Notes: a model not told the origin generated them from the sequence alone. A stretch of DNA of 64,000 bases from Promethearchaeota archaeon (GCA_011364925.1 RDOA01000002.1:1-64000), one strand, 5' to 3'; numbered from the stretch's first letter, positions 49,724 to 60,610 are shown. Numbers and translations: made by a program.

Positions 49724-52700
49724 ATGAAATCTAACAAATTAAGCGCTTATTCAATAATCAAGTACATTTCATATGAAGCTTTATTAGAGGAACAGCTTCA
49801 ATCAACAACAGAAAACGAAAGGCTGTTTGAGCGGTTAGCTAAAAAGAGGAATGTATTAAAGATTAAATTTCTTTCCTATAAAATTATTAACAGCATTATC
49901 TTTGCAGTTCAGCCCATTTTTCTCTTAATGGCATATTCAACCCTAAATTCGAATCTATACGATTTTTTAGATTTCCATACCATGTTTTTTATCAAGGCGG
50001 TAAATTTCCATTTCTTTTTTATTGTTCAGCTTTTCAACTTCTTTTTATTAGGGCTTTTTAGCATGACAACAATCATGTCTGGTGATATGTATGAATGGAT
50101 CAAAACTTTTCCATTGTCACGGAGAGATTTGAAAAAATTGGCATTTTACAGCATATACCATAACTTAAATGTGCCAATCATAATAAACACATTAGCGTTT
50201 CCTGTAATAATGCTGATAGCAACACAAAATTTTATAGTTTTTCTAATTTCTTTAGGGATCTCGATATTAAATATGATATTTTCTCTTTCAGTACTGATTA
50301 TTTCGAGTGAGAGAATTGCTAAATTTATGAAACGGTTTAGTAAAAAATCAAGAAAGCCACTCATCGTTCAATTGCTTAACACTTTTAGTTATGTATTAGT
50401 CATTTTTGGGGGAATATTCGTCATCGAAATTGCTTTAAATCTCTTAATTCCATTTCTGTTGAATTTAACAGATATATATTTTGTTCGATTATACAATCTT
50501 ATTCTCTTCTTGATACCATTTCCATTTAACGCAAGTTATTTAGTTTTATTATTTACTAGTGCTCCTCAGATGCATATTATCTTTTGGCTTAATCTTCTAT
50601 ACGGTTTTGGTTTGTACTTAATTTCCATTTATTTTCTTCTGCGTAAATCGTTTAAATCGCTTAATTCGGTTATATTATTAAAGTATAAAGAAAAGAGCGG
50701 AGAAGGCGATCTTGTTGATAATAAATATCCATTGAAAATTCATGCTATATCGCATTTCAAAGCATTTATTCGAAAAGATTTATTAACTGCTTCAAGAGAT
50801 TTGCAAACTTCCATGTATTTCATAATGCCAATCGTTTACTCCTTTACGTCTATGTTCTTTTTTAATTTCAGTCTACTTAGTGGGATGGGACCACTGGATA
50901 TTAATTTATTTTTAACGAATTGGATAGTAATTTTAGGATTGAGCCCAGTGCTTTCAGCTGTTATAGTATATAGCGTATTAAATATCGATAAACAAGGAAT
51001 AATACTATTAAATACCCTCCCAATTATAAGACGCCATCAAGCAACATCAAAATTGGTTATTGTAATTATAATCCAACTCTTAGCTGTATTATCTCCATCT
51101 TTAATTTATATTCTTAATCCTAATTTTATGGATATATTTTTAGCTAGTGTATTAGCCTTGCCCTTAGTATTATCGTTTACTCTTACAACATTTATAATGA
51201 GAGTACGCTATTTTGGAAAGAAAAAATATTATTATACTCTAGACGAAGTATTGTCTAATAATAAGATTGGAAAATGGACTTTAATTCTTTTAAGTAATTA
51301 TTTAATCTATGTATTTGCTATCCTAATCTCTACTTATGTTTTTTATGTCTTTAATTTTCTAATATTCATTTTTAATGAAGTCTTCCTTTCACTGATATTT
51401 TTGACCATTGTCATGAGTAAATTCAAAAAGTATTTCCCGAAAGAAGGTAGGAGAAATAGGAGTTTGACTATAGCAATTTCATTAATATATTGCTATGTAA
51501 TTGCTCATTTATTACTCTTAAGCTCAGTTTTATCAATTTCACTGCAATACGCAATTGTAATAGCCTGTATATGTTTGACAGGAATTATCCTTACCTTTAA
51601 ATATACTAAATTTCCTTTACGGATTTTAAAAAGAATGTTTGAAAAGCTAAAACCAAATTCTGAAGTGAAAGACCCTAGACAAGAACGTAATTGGATGCGC
51701 GTCATCATTTTGATTTCAGGGTTGTTCTTTGCTTATTCTCTTATACCTATAATCGTACACTTTACAACGACAGAGTATCTTCTAATTGGTATATTCTTAG
51801 TTATATTTAGTATATCTTTAATTCTCCTGACATTCAAAAGTCATAACAAAGATTCCAAAAAAGAGTTAGTCGAATCTAAAGAATTCTTCCAAATTGATTT
51901 TTTAAAAGCATTTATGATCTTTATGGTAATTTTCGATCACACTATACCATGGACGATTAAAAATGGAATGGGAGTTGCGTTATGGGAGAGGATTGCTATT
52001 CCCGTGTTTTTAGTTATTATGGGCTTTAATTTTGGACATTCATATAAGACTCGTGGTAAAGATAATTTTGGGACTAATTATTTGTTTAGAAAATTATCTC
52101 GATATTTGCTTCCATTTGTGATCATTTATGTGATTTCAGTTGGTCTTGGTTTATATTTTTACCATACTACTGATGTTCGAGTCTGGTTATTACGACAGGA
52201 TTCACCATATTCTTTCATTCATCTTTTTATCGGAATTCTTCCTTTTTGGGGTCCTGGAAACTGGTTTATGCCATTGTTATTTGGTAGTATCATTATACTT
52301 CCCATAATATTTAAAGGGTTTTCCGGGAGAACCATCTGGGCAATTATTACTTTGGTGTTATGTTTTCTTATTGAAATTGGTATGCAGTATATAGTATATT
52401 CTCAATTTCGACCGTTTGATTATGGTAATATATCTATTGTTTACATGTTCCTCTTAAATATACTATACTACACTTCAGCACTAGGATTGGGCATGTGGAT
52501 TTCAAGAAAACATGAGCTCTACAGTTGGCATAATCTTATTATTTGGATACTCTTCTCCTTAAGTCTTATTTATATTATTTGGTACCAATTTTTTGGTTTT
52601 AGATTAAGGGACAGTTCTGGCGTACCACTTTTAACTGGCGATTATAATTTCTTAGTCACTCCTTATGCTGCGTTTTTAGTTTTGTTCGTGATAAAAATTC

Positions 52701-52984
52701 TACCTAAAACAAAGAAAGGTATCATTACCAGATCTATTTCGGTGATAGGAAAATCCACATACCATATTCTTTTGGTACAAATTATGTATTTTGCGATTTT
52801 GATAGCAATTTATGGTGATCACTATGGTACAAGTATTTTGGGTACTGCTACTACCGATCTAAATTATTTTTTTAATCTCTTTCTCAATTGGGCACTATGC
52901 GTGCCAATTGGAATAATTTGGTGGTCAATAGAAAATTCAATTCGGAATTCTTGGAGAAAGAAATATAAAAAACCAACAAATTGA
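49724..52984 (+). CDS. fusion of ABC-2-type permease-like region and acyltransferase-3 domain
   Basis: N-terminal region with KTFPLS and FIRKDLLTASRD; C-terminal region with QIDFLKAF..MVIFDH, AIPVF, GNWF and IGKSTYHILLVQ. Confidence 0.7.
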   Translation: MKSNKLSAYSIIKYISYEALLEEQLQSTTENERLFERLAKKRNVLKIKFLSYKIINSIIFAVQPIFLLMAYSTLNSNLYDFLDFHTMFFIKAVNFHFFFIVQLFNFFLLGLFSMTTIMSGDMYEWIKTFPLSRRDLKKLAFYSIYHNLNVPIIINTLAFPVIMLIATQNFIVFLISLGISILNMIFSLSVLIISSERIAKFMKRFSKKSRKPLIVQLLNTFSYVLVIFGGIFVIEIALNLLIPFLLNLTDIYFVRLYNLILFLIPFPFNASYLVLLFTSAPQMHIIFWLNLLYGFGLYLISIYFLLRKSFKSLNSVILLKYKEKSGEGDLVDNKYPLKIHAISHFKAFIRKDLLTASRDLQTSMYFIMPIVYSFTSMFFFNFSLLSGMGPLDINLFLTNWIVILGLSPVLSAVIVYSVLNIDKQGIILLNTLPIIRRHQATSKLVIVIIIQLLAVLSPSLIYILNPNFMDIFLASVLALPLVLSFTLTTFIMRVRYFGKKKYYYTLDEVLSNNKIGKWTLILLSNYLIYVFAILISTYVFYVFNFLIFIFNEVFLSLIFLTIVMSKFKKYFPKEGRRNRSLTIAISLIYCYVIAHLLLLSSVLSISLQYAIVIACICLTGIILTFKYTKFPLRILKRMFEKLKPNSEVKDPRQERNWMRVIILISGLFFAYSLIPIIVHFTTTEYLLIGIFLVIFSISLILLTFKSHNKDSKKELVESKEFFQIDFLKAFMIFMVIFDHTIPWTIKNGMGVALWERIAIPVFLVIMGFNFGHSYKTRGKDNFGTNYLFRKLSRYLLPFVIIYVISVGLGLYFYHTTDVRVWLLRQDSPYSFIHLFIGILPFWGPGNWFMPLLFGSIIILPIIFKGFSGRTIWAIITLVLCFLIEIGMQYIVYSQFRPFDYGNISIVYMFLLNILYYTSALGLGMWISRKHELYSWHNLIIWILFSLSLIYIIWYQFFGFRLRDSSGVPLLTGDYNFLVTPYAAFLVLFVIKILPKTKKGIITRSISVIGKSTYHILLVQIMYFAILIAIYGDHYGTSILGTATTDLNYFFNLFLNWALCVPIGIIWWSIENSIRNSWRKKYKKPTN

Positions 52985-53035
52985 AAGAATTTTAAAAGAA
53001 AATTTTAATATGATTTTTAATTTTTTTAAGAAAAT

Positions 53036-54070
53036 GTGATTATTATGGGAGATCAGAACGAGATTACTAATCCATCGAATTTGTTCAATAAAGATGGTTC
53101 TTTAGTTCAAAAAGGTTGGGCTCGGAAACCAATTTTAAAATATAATAAAGAATATATCGGGAAAGGTTGGACGCGAATTAAAGAATGGGATCATTTTTCT
53201 GTTCTAAATAAAAATTTTGGTTTCCAATTAACTATAGGGGATATTGGATATTTAACTCAAATGAGTTATGCTTGGCTAGATTTTAAAGAAAAAAAGAGAG
53301 ACGGTAAGGGCTTATTCAAATTCTTTACAAAATCAAAAACTCTTCCAATAAGTTCTTTAGAAGACAGTAAAATCGAATTTCCTACGAAAAAATTTAATGC
53401 TACAATATCAAAAGAAAAAAATAAGAGGATTCTGACGATTGACGATCCCTCTTTTCAAGATATTGGATTAAAAGGAAGTATTACTTTACACGATGATCCA
53501 AAGGCCGATAATACTGTTGTTGTTACTGGTTATAAAGAAAATCCAAGATTGTTTTATTATAACCATAAGATCAATTATATGCCCGCTGAAGGTTCTCTTA
53601 CGATTGGAGATAAATTGTATTCGTTTGAACCAGAAACTTCTTACGCACTTATGGACTGGGGTCGCGGAATTTGGCCTTATAAAACTCATTGGTTATGGGG
53701 TTCAGCTTGCGGACTTGATGACGGAGTTCCTGTTGCCTTTAATATTGGGTATGGTTTCGGAGATTTATCTACTCACACAGAAAATATCGTTTTTTACGAT
53801 GGTAAAGCACACAAAATAGATGAGGTCGAATTTCATCACGAAAATAGAGATCCAACAAAGCCTTGGAAGTTTACCAGTAATGACAACCGGTTTAATATGA
53901 CTCTAGATCCAATCATCCCTCACAAAGAAAAACTCAATTTCGGCTTGATTTATTTAAATTCGTCGCTACTCCATGGTTTGTATTCTGGAGAAGTTGTTCT
54001 TGACAATGGGGAAAAAATTAAGATCGAAAATATGCTAGGGCACGCCGAAGATATTTATTGGCGTTGGTAA
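53036..54070 (+). CDS. DUF2804 family protein
   Basis: Motifs GWARKP, RIKEWD, FYYNHK, DWGRGIW and FNIGYGFG..TEN. Confidence 0.85.
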   Translation: MIIMGDQNEITNPSNLFNKDGSLVQKGWARKPILKYNKEYIGKGWTRIKEWDHFSVLNKNFGFQLTIGDIGYLTQMSYAWLDFKEKKRDGKGLFKFFTKSKTLPISSLEDSKIEFPTKKFNATISKEKNKRILTIDDPSFQDIGLKGSITLHDDPKADNTVVVTGYKENPRLFYYNHKINYMPAEGSLTIGDKLYSFEPETSYALMDWGRGIWPYKTHWLWGSACGLDDGVPVAFNIGYGFGDLSTHTENIVFYDGKAHKIDEVEFHHENRDPTKPWKFTSNDNRFNMTLDPIIPHKEKLNFGLIYLNSSLLHGLYSGEVVLDNGEKIKIENMLGHAEDIYWRW

Positions 54071-54173
54071 AACACTGTTTTTTACGATTTAAAATAACTT
54101 TGCAAGAAGATTCTTCGAACATTTAAGGTATATATTCCAAATTTTTATCAGTTAATACACCAATAACGCTATA

Positions 54174-54809
54174 CTATCCAAGCTCAGACTTTATTAGCGA
54201 AAGTGCTCTATTTGTTCTGATTTCAATCTCTTTAAAGTTTCCAGACGATATTAAGTCCTTCTTTACTATCCAACTTCCGCCACAAGCAATAACGTTATCC
54301 AATTTCAGGTATACAATCAAAGTGTCATCATTAACTCCACCAGTTGGCATGAAACGAGCATTAGGATACGGTCCAGATATTGCTTTGAGCATTTTTGGTC
54401 CTCCAGAAAGATCAGCGGGAAAAAATTTGAAAAAATTTAATCCTCTTTCTAATCCCCACTCAATGAAAGTAGGGCTATTAAGACCTGGAACGATGGGATA
54501 ATCATTTTTAACGCAATAATCGACTACAGTAGGATTAAAACCGGGCGTAACTATGAACTCTGCTCCAGCAAAAATGGCGGCATCAACTTGGTCAATTGTA
54601 AGCACCGTTCCTGCTCCTACTAGCATTTCCGGAAATTTATTTCTTATTAAAGAAATCGATTCTGCTGCTGCTTTAGTCCTAAAAGTAATCTCAATTACAG
54701 GTAAACCAGCATCCATGAGCGTTTTTGCTAAAGGAACAGCATTCTCAGAATCTTCAATTACAGCCACGGGAATCAATTTTAGTTCTTCTATCTTTTTAAT
54801 TACATCCAT
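54174..54809 (-). CDS. eda: KDPG/KHG aldolase
   Basis: Motifs EITFRT, VGAGTVL, FIVTPG, KFFPA and FMPTGGV. Confidence 0.93.
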   Translation of the reverse strand: MDVIKKIEELKLIPVAVIEDSENAVPLAKTLMDAGLPVIEITFRTKAAAESISLIRNKFPEMLVGAGTVLTIDQVDAAIFAGAEFIVTPGFNPTVVDYCVKNDYPIVPGLNSPTFIEWGLERGLNFFKFFPADLSGGPKMLKAISGPYPNARFMPTGGVNDDTLIVYLKLDNVIACGGSWIVKKDLISSGNFKEIEIRTNRALSLIKSELG

Positions 54810-54904
54810 AATTAGACTTCATGTATTATGCTTTTTTAATTTTATAAATTACATTAATTTCTGGGACGAAGATTTGGAGTATAATCTTTTAAGACTCTTC
54901 AATT

Positions 54905-55840
54905 TTAGCCATCTAATCCTAATACCAGTAAAATATTATCTATAGCCACTTCCACGGCTCGATCGATGCTTTCGTTCGTAAAAGCCCCTATATGTGGAGT
55001 GCAGATTGTCTGAGGATGACTTATGAGTTCATTAATTTCGGGAGGTTCATTTCTATAAACATCAGTGGCATAGACTTGAACTTTTCTTGTATTTAACGCT
55101 TTAACTAGTTCTAAATCGTCTACAACTTCTGCTCGAGCAGTATTTATAAGAAAGACTCCATCTTTCATCATAGATAAAGCTTTGTGGTCTATAATCGGAT
55201 TTTCTCCAGGAGGAACATGTAGACTAATAATATCCGACTTATTAAATAATTCGTATAAAGATACATATTGGAAATCTTCCGAAGGATTAAATGATTGGTC
55301 TGGATCAAAATCATAACCTAACACTTTCATTCCTAATCCTAATGCCATATTTATCACTCGTTTTCCAATATTGCCACAGCCTATGATCCCGATTATTTTC
55401 CCGTTTATCTCAATACCTTTAATCCGATTCCACTTTCCATTCTTCAACTCTTGATCATGAATAGGGATCGAACGAACGGCACTCAACATTAAGGATATAG
55501 CAAGTTCTGCCACTCCTTGGGCGTTAGAACCCGGTGTGATCTTAATTTCAATATTGAGCTCTCTTGCGGCCTCAAGATCGATATTGTCAGTCCCTACGCC
55601 ATTTCTACTTATTACCATTAAGTTTTTCGAAGACTTTAAAACTTTTTCTGAGATTTTCTCGGTTCCAGCTAAATATGCAACACATTCGGGTAAAAATTGA
55701 AGCTGTTCCTCCTCGGTAGGGCGTCTCCCTGGAGGACCAAATACGAGTTCCAATCCCGCGTTTTCCAGCCTTTTTAAAGCCGGATGCCCATAAAGCGTTA
55801 AAGTTCTTGAACCAATGTAAACCTTATTCACGATATTCAC
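54905..55840 (-). CDS. D-2-hydroxyacid dehydrogenase (SerA-like)
   Basis: Motifs RNGVGTDNID, VAE, GCGNIG, SLHVP, INTAR and TPHIG. Confidence 0.9.
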   Translation of the reverse strand: MNIVNKVYIGSRTLTLYGHPALKRLENAGLELVFGPPGRRPTEEEQLQFLPECVAYLAGTEKISEKVLKSSKNLMVISRNGVGTDNIDLEAARELNIEIKITPGSNAQGVAELAISLMLSAVRSIPIHDQELKNGKWNRIKGIEINGKIIGIIGCGNIGKRVINMALGLGMKVLGYDFDPDQSFNPSEDFQYVSLYELFNKSDIISLHVPPGENPIIDHKALSMMKDGVFLINTARAEVVDDLELVKALNTRKVQVYATDVYRNEPPEINELISHPQTICTPHIGAFTNESIDRAVEVAIDNILLVLGLDG

Positions 55841-56412
55841 TCACCCCGTTTTGGATTGTTAATTATTTCGGGATTCCCGTTCTTTTCGACGATTATTTTT
55901 CTAAAGCCCTTTGTTTCTATGGTCTTGTAATCGTGTCCTGCGTCTGCCCTAAAGACAAAAAACATGATGAACGGTTCAGATTTAGATATATTTATACTTC
56001 TATGAGCAAACTTAGGAGGGACATACACAGAAATGCCCGGAGTCATCTCTTGTATTTCAGCTTTTCCCTTAAAATGTTCCATAAGTAAATACCCATGTCC
56101 TTTAATGCAATAATATACTTCAGCAGTTTCAAGCTTTTTATGGAAATGCCCTTTAGTCATGAAATACTCGTTACCAACTTTTCCAGGATTAATAATCGTG
56201 GTACCAAATGCTAAATCACTTGATTTTTCTGGAATACCCAATTCATAGAATTCATAAACACATGGGTCTTCTTTCTCAAGAATACTTTCGAAAGCTTTGG
56301 TATCTGCATACATCCCTTTCATGTCTGATAGCATTCTTCTCGTGGGAGTACGATCAGGGGAATACCCATCTTCCAAGCTAAATTTAATCGAAAACGACTT
56401 TTTTTCTTTCAT
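55837..56412 (-). CDS. pgiA: cupin-type glucose-6-phosphate isomerase
   Basis: Motifs PGKVGNEYFMTKGHFH, EVYY, AHRSIN and DAGHDY. Confidence 0.88.
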   Translation of the reverse strand: MKEKKSFSIKFSLEDGYSPDRTPTRRMLSDMKGMYADTKAFESILEKEDPCVYEFYELGIPEKSSDLAFGTTIINPGKVGNEYFMTKGHFHKKLETAEVYYCIKGHGYLLMEHFKGKAEIQEMTPGISVYVPPKFAHRSINISKSEPFIMFFVFRADAGHDYKTIETKGFRKIIVEKNGNPEIINNPKRGE

Positions 56413-56447
56413 ATTCGTACACTTAATATTTTATTTAACTTTTAAAG

Positions 56448-56714
56448 CTAATTTTGAAAGATCCTCAAACTGGGGTCCACTCGTGGGAAAATCCAAGTAA
56501 AAATTTCAAGAATTTTTCCTCTTGGTTTACCTATCCCTAAATCTGGAAATAGCATCTGACCCCAATCCAATTTTTATCCATCTCTTTCAATCGTCGCAGT
56601 AACTCCACCAATATTCTCATGCTGTTCATAAACGGTTACAGAGTAACCTTCTTTTATAAGAAGCGCTGCAGATGTTAAACCAGATACCCCCGATCCTATT
56701 ACGACTACTTTCAT
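56448..56714 (-). pseudogene. truncated N-terminal remnant of an FAD-dependent oxidoreductase (paralog of the adjacent gene)
   Basis: Manual translation gives MKVVVIGSGVSGLTSAALLIKEGYSVTVYEQHENIGGVTATIERDG*KLDWG...RGKILE. A premature TAA lies at 56574-56576 and homology ends near 56507. Confidence 0.8.
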
Positions 56715-56770
56715 ATCGAATTTAAAAATATTTTAATTCCATTAAACTTTTTGAATCTTAGAAAATTGGA

Positions 56771-58306
56771 ATGATAACAATTATGAAAGTCATCGTTATT
56801 GGTTCCGGTTTAGCCGGACTCACCGCTGCTGCTTATATGTGTCGTGAAGGGCATGATGTATCAATTTACGAACAATTTTCTGAAATTGGAGGCGTTACTG
56901 CCACCATTCATAAAAATGGATATTCATGGGATATAGGCCCTCTCTTATTAGAAGGCTTAGCTCCTCACGAAAGACTCGGAAAGATTCTAACTGAATTAGG
57001 AATCTCTGAAAAAATTAACATAATCCACGAGGATCGCGGGCAGGTATTTCCCGATTTTGCAATATGGAGGCCAAAAGAATATGAAGGGAAGTACTGGCGT
57101 AGAGACTACTTTAAACAGTTATTTCCGTCCGAGAGCGAGGGATTGGATAGATATTACCGCTACTACGATCAAATAATGACTCTTATGGCTATTAACAACC
57201 AACTCGAGTGGGCAAAAGGACTAAACGCGATTTGGCTGAAGTTAAAAATTTTGCCAAAATTCATAAAAGCCAAGAAATACATGGATAAGAGCGCTGCAGA
57301 TATAATGGATTCTTTCTTTGACGAACCAAAATTGAAAGCAATTTTCATGGGTATTCTCGCTGATTTCGTTGTTAAACCAAGCGAGTTTCCAGGATTAGGA
57401 GTACCGGTCTCAAATATCGAGACCGCTTTTGATAAGCGTATTCCTATTAAAATTAAAGGTGGAAAGTTACCTGTATATCATTACGTACAGAACGGATGCG
57501 AACAACTAGTAAATGCGTTTGCCGGATATATTAGAGAACACGGAGGAGAAATTCATGTAAATAGCTTGATTGAAGAGATTTTAATAGAAAACTATAAAGC
57601 AATTGGTGTTAAGTTAAAAAATGAAAATGCGATACCAGCAGATATAGTAATTGCGAGTGGCGGTGCTCACAAAACATTCTTTAGTTTAATAGGAAAAGAA
57701 AAACTACCTTTAGATTTCGTAAGAAATGTAGAGAATTTAGTCCATATGGAGTCTGTGTTAATGGTACATATTGGTATCGATTTTGATCCTACTCCCTACC
57801 AACGCGCAGCTTTATGCTACTATTATGGGACTTATGGTATAGAAGAAGCAGTTGAACGGTGTAGGTCGGGCGATTATCACGAAGGAAAAGAGGGATTTTT
57901 GATATATATCCCATCATTTCACTCTCCTGAAATGGCTCCACCCGGACACCACGCCGTAACCGTGTATACAATTGCACCTTATAAACTGAGCAAGGGAGAC
58001 TGGAATTCGCGCAAGGAAGAACTCGCGGATAAACTACTAATTGAAGCAGAAAAAGTAATCCCTGGCCTTCGCGAAGGCGCTAAAACAGAAGTGATTATGA
58101 CTCCTCTAGATTTTAAATCTCGTATTTTTGTTGAAAAGCACAGTTTTGGAGGCTTAGCTCCGATAATGAATCAACAAAGCCCCCCTCATCAAACGCCCAT
58201 TGAAAATTTATGGTACATTGGAGCACAGAGTGAATCCGGTGGTGGCGTTGCAGGAGTAGTGGCAGGAACACGTAAAGGAGTTTTGAGATTATTAAAAGAA
58301 TATTGA
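56771..58306 (+). CDS. phytoene-desaturase/retinol-reductase-like FAD oxidoreductase
   Basis: Motifs VIGSGLAGL, YEQ...GG, WDIGP, TPLDF and LWYIGA.S..GGG. Confidence 0.85.
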   Translation: MITIMKVIVIGSGLAGLTAAAYMCREGHDVSIYEQFSEIGGVTATIHKNGYSWDIGPLLLEGLAPHERLGKILTELGISEKINIIHEDRGQVFPDFAIWRPKEYEGKYWRRDYFKQLFPSESEGLDRYYRYYDQIMTLMAINNQLEWAKGLNAIWLKLKILPKFIKAKKYMDKSAADIMDSFFDEPKLKAIFMGILADFVVKPSEFPGLGVPVSNIETAFDKRIPIKIKGGKLPVYHYVQNGCEQLVNAFAGYIREHGGEIHVNSLIEEILIENYKAIGVKLKNENAIPADIVIASGGAHKTFFSLIGKEKLPLDFVRNVENLVHMESVLMVHIGIDFDPTPYQRAALCYYYGTYGIEEAVERCRSGDYHEGKEGFLIYIPSFHSPEMAPPGHHAVTVYTIAPYKLSKGDWNSRKEELADKLLIEAEKVIPGLREGAKTEVIMTPLDFKSRIFVEKHSFGGLAPIMNQQSPPHQTPIENLWYIGAQSESGGGVAGVVAGTRKGVLRLLKEY

Positions 58307-58352
58307 ATTAAAAATTAAAAAAAGTATAAAAAAAAAAATAAATTAAATTTGA

Positions 58353-59813
58353 CTATAACCCAAGTTCTTTTAGCTTTTTTTTATTCTCTGCTACGACTTT
58401 AGGAGTAAGTGTATAATATTTTCTGAAGATAAGTATTGTAACGAGAACTAGCACTGCTGGTATAATTGCTGCGTGTATTATTATTCCAAAAACTGCTAAT
58501 TGCCATCCTGTTGGATTTGCAGTTATTAAATCTGCTAAAGTAGGAGCTCCTTCTTCAAACCCTGTTAGTGGATGTACAATGCCAAAGACCACTGCAGTAA
58601 AAACTCCACTTAACCGAATGATAAAGGCATTCCACCCATAGTATACTGAGTTCTCCCGTTTGTTATATCGAATCGTTAAATAATCTAATGTATCACCCAT
58701 AGTTGGAGGGTCCATAAACCATTGTCCACCTAACCCAACGCCCCATAAGATCATTGATATAATCCAACCAATAAATCCGAGAAATTGGCCAAAGATTAAT
58801 GGGATAAAGGTTAAAAACATCACCCAGCCAGCTATTAAACTCATCTTTTTATTATCATTAACCTTTTTGGCGAACCTTAACCAGAAATAAATTGAAATCA
58901 ATGCACCAAGTAGCATTCCACCCAAAATTATCGTAAGAACAAAAGGATCTGCATCTAGAACAAATGTTACTACGTAAGGAGCACTAGCTTGGATTAATGC
59001 AGCTGCTGCTTGATAACCGAAGAAAAAAATAACTTTGACTATATATATTCTATTGCTAAGAACCCTTTTCATTGTTTTAAAAAACGGTTCTTTTGAAACT
59101 CCAGTAGCAAGTTCTTTTTGTCTTGCGTAGTAATCCCTCAAAGATTTCTTTTCCCAAACACCTGGGAGCATTGTGAAGAATAATAATATTCCAATCCCAA
59201 CGCAAATCCATGCCATTGTTCTATATGTGTGTACATCACCTTTAGTTACGAGTAAAGGTGGTACGACCATTGCAAGTACTATTCCTATCATTCCTATTAT
59301 TGTTCCAATTCCAGTTGCAGTTCTTCTCTCATTCAGACCTCTAAACTTATCAGGATACAGCGCAGTTGAATTAATATTCCATAATGTAAATAAAGTATCA
59401 TACAGACATAATGAACCTAAATACCAACCAAAAATAGGCCATTGATTTGCCGCTACATCACTAAGCCAAGCAGAAGGAACTAAAAAGATCATAAGATAAG
59501 TAAACAACCACGGAACTGCGAGGAGTAAAATCCACGGTAAACGTTTATAGCCCCATTTTTTTTGCCATGGCATATTCAGCCTTTCTACTAAATAGCCCGA
59601 AAGTGGATCGTTAATAGCATTCCAAATAGAATAAAGAATAAAAGCAGTTGATACTAATAAAGTATCTAATCCGATCTCTACTTCATAAAAATAAAGAACA
59701 AAGATCCCAAAAGCTCCCGTAATCCACTGGCCATAGAGCTGAGAACAACCATAAGACACCATTATTCCCTTCGAATTTTCATACTCTTCTTTCGATTCTG
59801 CCATATCAATCAC
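58353..59813 (-). CDS. GPH-family MFS symporter
   Basis: Motifs WNAINDPLSG and KRLPW, with about 12 TM segments; paralog of 1696..3102. Confidence 0.88.
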   Translation of the reverse strand: MIDMAESKEEYENSKGIMVSYGCSQLYGQWITGAFGIFVLYFYEVEIGLDTLLVSTAFILYSIWNAINDPLSGYLVERLNMPWQKKWGYKRLPWILLLAVPWLFTYLMIFLVPSAWLSDVAANQWPIFGWYLGSLCLYDTLFTLWNINSTALYPDKFRGLNERRTATGIGTIIGMIGIVLAMVVPPLLVTKGDVHTYRTMAWICVGIGILLFFTMLPGVWEKKSLRDYYARQKELATGVSKEPFFKTMKRVLSNRIYIVKVIFFFGYQAAAALIQASAPYVVTFVLDADPFVLTIILGGMLLGALISIYFWLRFAKKVNDNKKMSLIAGWVMFLTFIPLIFGQFLGFIGWIISMILWGVGLGGQWFMDPPTMGDTLDYLTIRYNKRENSVYYGWNAFIIRLSGVFTAVVFGIVHPLTGFEEGAPTLADLITANPTGWQLAVFGIIIHAAIIPAVLVLVTILIFRKYYTLTPKVVAENKKKLKELGL

Positions 59814-59891
59814 TCAATTCAATAGAAAATTTTTTGTATAAATAATAATATCATTAGTCAACCTTCTATTTAATAATTAATAATTAAAGAT

Positions 59892-60575
59892 ATGAAGATA
59901 ATAATTTTTGAACCCCACCCTGATGATTTATTGTTTGGACCAGGACCTATTCTCCTACAATGGATAAAAGAGGGTGAACATAATATTCATGTTGTAACTG
60001 TTACAGATGGAAGGGCTTGTTATAGGGCTTCTAAAGACATGCTTTCAGAAGACGCTCTGAAAATGACTGAAGACGATGTTGCTGACATGAGGATTAACGA
60101 AGCAAAGCATTCAATAAAATTTTTGCGATTACCGCCAGAAAATCATCATTTATTCAAATTCCACGACGCTGATGGACAAAAATATGTAAAAGAAGGCATC
60201 ACGAAAGCTACACCTTTAATTAACGGATTTGATCGAATAGTGTTACCAAGCAGTCATAACCTTCATGTAGATCACCAAGCTACTCATGATATCGCAATAG
60301 GTGCTGCTAAAGAACTTAATTTAGTAAATGTTGAATATTTCGTTTACTTTATTGCTTCCTACGGAAAATTCAAAGAAGATTCGAAAGATAAGCAATTTAA
60401 CTACACTATCGATGAGGAAACTGCCGAAATTTTAAAAGAGTGGTTAGATATTTATAAATCCCAGGAAAAATTGAAATGGACATGGAAAATGTACTCGCGC
60501 TACCTACGAAAAATACGAACTTGGACTTATGCGAAGTATAACTTTGAAGACATAGGAAAATATTATAACTTCTAA
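59892..60575 (+). CDS. PIG-L family deacetylase
   Basis: Motifs PHPDD, VTDG, R..E, HVDH and YKSQ. Confidence 0.85.
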   Translation: MKIIIFEPHPDDLLFGPGPILLQWIKEGEHNIHVVTVTDGRACYRASKDMLSEDALKMTEDDVADMRINEAKHSIKFLRLPPENHHLFKFHDADGQKYVKEGITKATPLINGFDRIVLPSSHNLHVDHQATHDIAIGAAKELNLVNVEYFVYFIASYGKFKEDSKDKQFNYTIDEETAEILKEWLDIYKSQEKLKWTWKMYSRYLRKIRTWTYAKYNFEDIGKYYNF

Positions 60576-60610
60576 TGTTATTGCTAAAACCATAAATTTT
60601 GAGAAAAGGG

